Assembly (NCBI RefSeq): GCF_009914755.1
Contig: NC_060925.1
DNA: 64,000 bases
Origin: the human T2T-CHM13v2.0 reference genome, Homo sapiens
Reading direction: 5' to 3' (one strand)
Shown in pieces: positions 53,958-64,000 of this stretch. Within the stretch, counting starts at the first letter, position 1; the number at the start of each line of letters is the position of its first letter. The position numbers and the translations under genes are program-made. The notes beneath the pieces were generated by a model that saw only the letters and a list, made by a program, of their open reading frames with translations, was not told the origin of the DNA and searched no databases.

Positions 53958-55043
53958 TATATTATCTTCACAACAAATTTTAAAACAAACAAGTTCTTTT
54001 CAAAACAGCAATAAATGCTTACAGTTCATTTTCACTTTCTCCAACGTGTACCTTTATCTTTGAGCCCCAAGAGGGGTATATATGACTATGTACAACCTAA
54101 AACAACACAGCAGAAACCATGGCTACTTCTAAGATCAGTACGAGCTCCAAGACGTGACTGATTCAATACAATCAACTCAAGTGGGGAAGATGCAACAAAA
54201 CACGATAGCATTTACTCATGGTGTTGAGCAGCGAGAGATGGGAACTGGGGAGGCAGGGGAGAAGCCAGGGAGCCACCTGGAGGTCTGGTTTCTGGTGACT
54301 AGCCAGTGACAAAGTCAGATTTCATCGAGGGGTAGCAACAGCTGGAGCCATTGAGGACATGACAGCCTTAGAGACAAACTGTGTGACAATTTCCCCCTCT
54401 TCCCTCCTTCTTCCCAACTCAGTTCACCCTCCGCCCTCCACATGAATGAGCAAGACAGGAGGGAGACAGAATGAGAACGTGACTGTTCCTCTTCCGTAGC
54501 CTCCTCTCACACACCCTGCCCTCGCCCTCCTCCCGTCCCTCCACACCCAACCCCTTCCCCTGTGGTGCCCCTTCTTTTCCCCGACCCTCTGTTGCTGTCA
54601 CTCCAATCCACCCACATAGCTCCCTTCCCGCGATGATGACAACTTCTTGTATCCAATGGGCAACACTGTGATGCCCCCACCTGACCACCCTTCAAAGGAG
54701 GATTTGTCGTCCCAGCTGCTTGAGAACCATGGAACTCTGGGTTCTGCCAGCCCAAGGTGAAAATTCCCCAAGGGAAGGATGGATGCTGGACACGGTCACC
54801 ATATGTCCACCAGTTAGAATCAACTCCTAGAGATGGGATTTCCGGTCAAATGGTTAGATATGCATGGAAATCGGACTTTAGTTTCAGCATTTGGCCCCAG
54901 TCTGCTAACTGGGCTTGGTTTAGTCTTGACCTTTGGAAGGCCAAAGAGCCTACTTCCATGTTATTTATGTTTATGGCCTCCACGAACTGTGACTGATCAA
55001 TGATTCTGTGATCACTCTTCTCTCTTACTAGCATAAAAATGTG

Positions 55044-55394
<351 letters not shown>

Positions 55395-55408
55395 TCAATA
55401 TTCACTTC

Positions 55409-55729
55409 CTTTTTTTTTTCTTTTTTTGAGACAGGGTCTCACTCTGTTACCCAGACTGGAGCGCAATGAGGCCATCATAGCCCACTGCAACCTCAACTTC
55501 CTTAGCTCAAGGGATTCTTCTGCCTCAGCCTCCCAAGTAGCTGGGACTATGGGCACCTGCCATCACACCTGGCTAATTTTTAAATTTTTTTTGTAAAGAC
55601 AGTGTCTTGCTATGTTCCCCAGGCTGGTCTCAAACTCCCGGCCTCAAGCAATCCTCTCACCTTGGCCTCTCAAAGTGCTGGGATTACAGACGTGCGCTGC
55701 ATGATCCCCGTGAGCCACTGCACCCGGCC
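55409..55729 (-). mobile_element. AluJ
   Basis: Reverse dimer; TSD tcaatattcactt. Confidence 0.9.
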
Positions 55730-55759
55730 CTCAATATTCACTTTCAGATATTCACACCT

Positions 55760-56022
55760 TGTCTAGGGTGGCCTACAGCCACTGCCCATAAATGCAGAAG
55801 TATAAAGGTCTAGCCATCTCAGCCCAACTCAAGAAGACTCTGAAGGGCCATATTTGTGGCAGAGCTCCTCGGGGGTTGGCCAAGGCTGTCATTGGCCAAC
55901 ATCACAGCTTAGCTTCTCCCTCTGCCCTCTCCTGTTTCTGCCTCCTCTCTTCTATAGGTGCTGATCGCAAGGGCACTCCTTAATAAACATCCTGCCCATC
56001 AAACTCCATCTCAGAGCCTGCA
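55760..56022 (+). mobile_element. LTR16-family ERVL LTR (its 5' piece probably at ~54668-54730)
   Basis: gccatctcagcccaactc..gactctgaagggcca..gcactccttaataaacatcctg..aactccatctcagag. Confidence 0.7.
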
Positions 56023-56077
56023 GCACAGCCCTTACTATCTGAAAAGTCATTTGGCCTTGATGCTAAGATGCCTTCCA

Positions 56078-56159
56078 CAGGTGTCCAGCATTTTGGCTTC
56101 CCTGGGCCACATTGGAAGAAGAAGAATTGTCTTGAGCCACACATAAAATACACTAATGC

Positions 56160-56160
<1 letters not shown>
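56078..56160 (+). mobile_element. MER30 fragment (hAT-Charlie)
   Basis: ttttggcttccctgggccacattggaagaagaagaattgtcttgagccacacataaaatacactaa. Confidence 0.88.
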
Positions 56161-56846
<686 letters not shown>

Positions 56847-56864
56847 TAGACATTGCTCTTAGAC

Positions 56865-56982
56865 TGTAGAGATGAGGTTTCACCATGTTGGCCAGGCTGG
56901 TCTTGAACTCCTGCTCATGTGATCCACCTGCCTTGGCCTCCCAAAGTTCTGGGATTACAGGCATAAGTCACTGCACCTGGTC
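56865..56982 (-). mobile_element. Alu left monomer fragment
   Basis: Reverse monomer. Confidence 0.85.
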
Positions 56983-57060
56983 CTCTTCACCTTTTAATCC
57001 TCATTCTTCTCTTTGGACTGTTTCCTGCTGTAGGATACACTTACTTAAAATCAGCTGGCT

Positions 57061-57230
57061 GGCCACAGTGGTGCACACCTGTAGTCCCAGCTACCAGGAT
57101 GGCCGAGGCAGGAGGATCTGTTGAGCCGAGGAGTTCAAGGCTGTAGTGCGCTGTGGTCACACCTGTGAATACCCACTGCACTCCAGCATGGGCAACATAG
57201 CGAGACCCTGTCTCCAAAAAATAAATAAAT
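57061..57230 (+). mobile_element. FAM/FRAM-type Alu monomer
   Basis: cacacctgtgaatacccactgcactccagc, a 7SL-like feature. Confidence 0.8.
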
Positions 57231-57302
57231 TAGCTGATCACTCCTTGGAGCATGTAGTGAATTAGGAATTCACCAATGGAAGAAACACGTGTGAGTATAC
57301 GA

Positions 57303-57321
57303 TGGCGACACCTGGTGGTAG
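57303..57321 (-). promoter_or_regulatory. Candidate CTCF site
   Basis: Reverse strand CTACCACCAGGTGTCGCCA versus core CCACCAGGTGGCGC. Confidence 0.45.
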
Positions 57322-57519
57322 GATATGCAATAACATCGTGAACCTCCCTTAATGGTGGATTCCTGGCTTATTGTTGGAATAAAATGTAATTACATGGAAA
57401 TTGTAAGAGCCATTCTAAAAGGTTAGCAACAACAAGAAAAAGGTTGTCTGCATGAACTTGCATGTGTGTGTGTCTATTCTTGTGCATTAAGGACAGACAA
57501 TAATCCAAGACACAGTTAA

Positions 57520-58086
<567 letters not shown>

Positions 58087-58239
58087 CTACAAATTTCCTG
58101 TCAAGGAATGTTAATATTGCTTGAAGATGAGAGCGCATTAGTCTGGACTTTGAACCTTGTAATAGTCCCTTTTACTCAGGGATAACTGCTTAAAACTGCA
58201 ACGTGTCCAATCTATGAGCGTCAAAACAGCAACCGGGTG

Positions 58240-58454
58240 CAGGGTTCTCAGCCAGGGGCAATTTTGTCCCCAGGGGACATTTAGAAATGTCTGGAGATAT
58301 TTTTGGTTGTCACGACTAGGGGGAAGAGTGCTACTGGCATCTAGTGAGTAGAGTCCAGGGACGCTGCTACACATCCTACAAGGCACAGACAGCACCCCCA
58401 CCACAAAGAATTATCCGGCCCCACATGCCAAAAGTGCTGAGGTTGAGAAACTGG
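58240..58454 (+). mobile_element. MER20 (hAT-Charlie), near full length
   Basis: ggttctcagccaggggcaattttgtccccaggggacattt..gtgctactggcatctagtg..gaggttgagaaac. Confidence 0.92.
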
Positions 58455-58851
58455 TCTAGCGTAACAGAAGGGAGAAAGTAGACCTTTTTCCCTACTGTCC
58501 TAACCACCATTAACAGCAACCACAAAGATGGGATGGTGGGTCATCAATGTGAAATTCTCCAACATATATGTGCAAAAGAGCTCAAGAAATGTATTAAGTA
58601 GCATCATACAATGCCATTGTTATCTACTATGTGTAAACCGTCTCAACATGGGCACAACTGGTCTTGTTTTTCCCTCCTCTTTTTACAAAGAAAATGAACC
58701 TGACCTGAATAGAACTTTTGCTCTATTCAGACATCAAAATAAAAACTAGCGGTAACTATTAAATGTGTAGTTACTTGTGGAATTAAGACTAAGAGTTAAA
58801 AGGGAGTGAGTATACTTTGTAATGACCACATGCTCTGATAGTGTATAGTAG

Positions 58852-59155
<304 letters not shown>

Positions 59156-59208
59156 TGAGTACTGCCATTTTTAAAAATGGGACAAGAACATTTACAAATA
59201 CATTTAAA

Positions 59209-59612
<404 letters not shown>

Positions 59613-60450
59613 TTATATTAGTGATGGTAATATTAGTATTGCAGCTCCGACACTGTTATGAGTAATGCGGACACATCAAATGCGCAAGATGAGGTATTCT
59701 GATTCCATTCTAGATTTTGGTTTTGAGAATCATATTTTCAACGTGGAAGAATGTGTATACAGGATTCTCAAGATGTAGAGGTTAGGTAAAATTCCTTGCT
59801 GTTCTGAATCTGAATGTAAAGTATCAGTGTGAATGCATGAGGTATTTTCTATTCTATTCTCTTCATGTGTCTATATATGCAAAATCTTCACTGAGAAGGC
59901 CCAAAAGCAAAGCAACGACCAGCACAGTAGCAGCCAGCATCTTTATGCCCAGAGTACCGTCTTCAAATACCATTTCCCACTAAAAGAAACAAATGCTTCA
60001 TGAAGAAATGACTGATTCCCAGTTTGGGGCAGAAAATATACATTTTGACCTTTGTCATATCATCTAGTCACATCAGATAGCAACAAAACTACCGAAGACT
60101 ACTAGGGCCATGTAAGAAGGATTCAGGAGCCAGTTGGAAAAGGCATCCACTTACTGAAGATGACACAATTTATGCTTCAATAATTCCAAGGGACTGAAAA
60201 TGATCAAATATGTTTAAATCCCTAAGTTCTTAATTATATTCAAACATTTTTAATCATCACATTTGGAGGATGCTAGGGAACCAATTCTCTTCCCGGGAGA
60301 GGAGGGTGGGGGACCCATTCCTTATCTTAGAAAACTTACGAGAGAAAAGAATCTAGTACTTTTCCCAACTTTCCTACATGGATTGTACCACTGGGTAACC
60401 TAATGGTAGATGAGAGGAGGCATCTCTTTATGAAAGTATTGCAACTAATA

Positions 60451-60750
60451 GACCGGCGGGCACGTTGGCTCAAGCTTGTAATCCCAGCACTTTGGGAGGC
60501 TGAGGTGGGTGGATCACGAGGTCAGGAGATCGAAACCATCCTAGCCAACATGGTGAAACCCCGTCTCTACTAAAAATACAAAAATTAGCCAGGTTTGGTG
60601 GCACACACCTGTAGTCCCAGGTACTCGGGAGGCTGAGGCAGGAGAATCGCTTGAACCCAGGAGTTGGAGGTGCAGTGAGCTGAGATCATGCCACTGCAAT
60701 CCAGCCTAGCAACAGAGCGAGACTCCATCTCAAAAAAAAAAAAAAAAAAA
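60451..60750 (+). mobile_element. AluSc-like
   Basis: Dimer; TSD gtattgcaactaa. Confidence 0.94.
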
Positions 60751-61139
60751 AGGTATTGCAACTAACAAATGAAAAAAAAAGCGGTAGAATTAGAGTATTA
60801 CAATTTTGTAATTGTCAGTGGATTAATGGCTTTAGGCATCAGGCATCCATGACTATTAACATAGCAACAGAGTTGACCTGCGTTTTGTGCTTCCTGATTC
60901 AAGATCCAGTAGTGACTTAGTCTTGCCATAGAGTCTGAACCTAAGTCTCATCATACCTTGGGATCCAGCTGCTACATCGTAGGAAATCCAGAACACATTG
61001 AATTCCACCGAGAATACTTCATCAGCAACATCCAGATTGTGGGAAATTTCACAGGTCAAAGGATTCAGGTTTTTCAACAGATAAATTGTCAGAATAAGAA
61101 AGAGAGGGGAAACTTGTAGCTTCGGAGACTTAAAATCAT

Positions 61140-61256
61140 AACTAATTTTCAAAAAATAGAGATGGGGTCTTGTTATGGTGCTCAGGCTGGTCTCCCACCT
61201 CTGCCTCAGCCTCCCAAAGTGTTGAGATTACAGGCATGAGCCACCACGCCCAGCCA
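61140..61256 (-). mobile_element. Alu left monomer fragment
   Basis: Reverse partial monomer. Confidence 0.8.
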
Positions 61257-61579
61257 CGACTTTTTTAACTGGACAACCATAGAGTCCCAGGTGTTCACTA
61301 TAAAGAAACACGACCAAGTGATTGTCTTCGTGGTTTCTTGGCGGCGGTGGTGGTTGGGACGTGATAGGGGTGGGGCCCGTGGATGGTCTTCTCAGTGGCT
61401 TGCAAAGTTCTATTCCTTGACCTGGATGGTAGTTACAAGGGTGTTTGCCTTCATTACGCTATACATTCATTTTTGTATGATTTTCTGTATTTATGTTTTA
61501 TTTTCCAAAAAAAAAAAAGCTTTAAAAGAGTATAAAGAAAGTAGATGGCAGAAATTTGTGGAATCTTCCCCCAGCAACA

Positions 61580-61870
61580 TAAAAACGCGGTGGGTTTTTG
61601 TAACTTGGTTTTTACACTTTACAATTAATATTGTAATGAGAAATACTCGTGTGGACCACTAGGGCGCACAATTTGTTGCCCGCAGCATCTGCGGCACTGG
61701 CACTGATGAAAGGGGGACGCTAAATGCTTCAGTAACGCCACCTGAGTCTCGGGATGAAGCAACATTATTCATCGCCCTTTGATCATGAGCTACATATGTG
61801 AGTGCCAATGCTGGCGAATCGTATTTGGAAAGTCGGGTCCAACATGTGATGTGTACATACAGGGTATACA
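61580..61870. promoter_or_regulatory. CpG-retaining candidate enhancer (TCF/LEF site, CTCF-like motif)
   Basis: About 13 CpGs in unique sequence; CCTTTGATC at 61776. Confidence 0.4.
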
Positions 61871-61945
61871 CTGAAAATACTGTAGTTTTATCCTCTTTTA
61901 AGATAAGCTTCAATTTATTTGAGTTATTAGAACAAAGCCTCATAA

Positions 61946-62283
<338 letters not shown>

Positions 62284-63434
62284 TAGTGTGTGGAGAATGG
62301 AGGTGAAAAGTTTTTGTGGTGGTCTCCTAATGAGACGATAGCCCACTGGCGGAGGGAGAGAAACACGTGAGAGCTATTTGGAGCCTCCCTGAAAGGTGTC
62401 ACTGGGCTATGGATGGACTGAGAACCACACAGCGATGGGCCAGCCTTCGAGGGCCAACACAGAGTGAGAGACGGCCTCTGCAGGGCCCAGGCTGGGGAGG
62501 GGTGGTGAGGCCAGTCACGACTAGTAATCTAAGAGCCGTCTTTCCTTACCTGCGGTGTGGAAAGGGCTGCGGGTCACAGAATCTTAGTGATATGAGCTTA
62601 GGCGAGGCTCAACGGCCCTACCTCTCAGGTGAGAAAGCAGCTCTCCTGTAATCGTTATCTTTTCTCAAAGGGGAAGAACAACTTCTTCCTGTTAATAAAT
62701 CACAGACCTCAGATGCTTTGTATTGCTGAGGAAACAAAACGTTTATGAATTGTTCACAGGCTGAGAAAATAAGATGCTTTGAGTTTTTGGTTTTTTCTAC
62801 AAGGCTGCAATAAATAACACAGCAGTAAATCCTAACCTTTAGCTCTGATTGGTATTATTTCATTTTGGTGCCTTTCCAGCCGGCCCAAAAGTGTGATGCT
62901 GTGATACACACAGTATGTGTGTATGTGTGTATATACATGACTATTTTGTGAGATTTCGCGTACTAGTTCATTAGTGGCGCCCTGGAATCACAGATCCTTC
63001 CTGCTGCGGTGATAGCATGTGGGTGGTGCCGAGGTGGACTGCTGCTTGATGGTGAAGAAAGAAAAGAGGACAGGAGGACCCGCCAGGACCACATGTGGAG
63101 AGCTGCAGCGAAAGAATCCTCGCTCGGTGGACACCATGGCTTTTTGCTAAGCCCTGGTTCTCTCTATGGACCCCATGCCTCATCTCCAGAGCCAAAACCC
63201 AGCCTTTCTCATTCAAGGACACTCCCCAGAGCTTTGGGAACACATTTCATTCTGGCTCTGTTAAGTACCCCCATAGGGTCCCGAAAGTCCAGGCTGCTTC
63301 TTGCCCCTGCCGCCTCAGGTCCCAGAGGCCCACTGCTGCGTCCAGGACGCCTCCTCCACCACGTCCTCTCCCAAAGCTTATGCAGCAGTTAAGCAAAGGG
63401 GCCCTGGCCTCTACAGCACCGAGGCAGCCTCCCA

Positions 63435-63930
<496 letters not shown>

Positions 63931-64000
63931 GCTCTCACCTTTACTCCAGGTTTCAGAAATGCTGTTCCTCTCAACAGAGAGGTGGTGGATTCTCCACAAA

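Noticed and set aside
58240-58454. MER20 as a decidual enhancer
   Set aside because: Family-level precedent only; nothing in this copy's sequence distinguishes it

Overview
Primate (most likely human) non-coding genomic DNA. I find no supportable protein-coding gene, tRNA, rRNA or CRISPR array, and I cannot name the locus. The supplied ORFs are almost all Alu or L1 read-throughs. The window is very Alu-dense: about 85 copies or fragments by hand count, roughly 35-40% of the bases. It also holds layered older elements: an LTR49-type ERV1 remnant with a nested LTR8-family LTR; LTR37, MLT1B, MLT2, MST, MER9 and LTR16 LTRs; an L1MA-type element with both ends kept, nested in a Charlie4-type transposon; a long L2 relic; MER53, MER3, MER5, MER20 and MER30; and MIRs. 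Between the repeats are short unique islands, several retaining CpGs and carrying clustered transcription-factor motifs. The best is 11.6-12.6 kb, with a c-fos-type CArG box, TEAD and FOX sites and four E-boxes in 30 bp. Other points of interest are a templated-insertion-like junction at 52.8 kb, several exact three-copy tandem amplifications, a closely spaced inverted Alu pair and a candidate CTCF site. Repeat family and subfamily names come from recalled consensus sequences, and boundaries are approximate (about +/-10 bp). I see no evidence for a new gene system; the most plausible hidden function is a cluster of enhancers.
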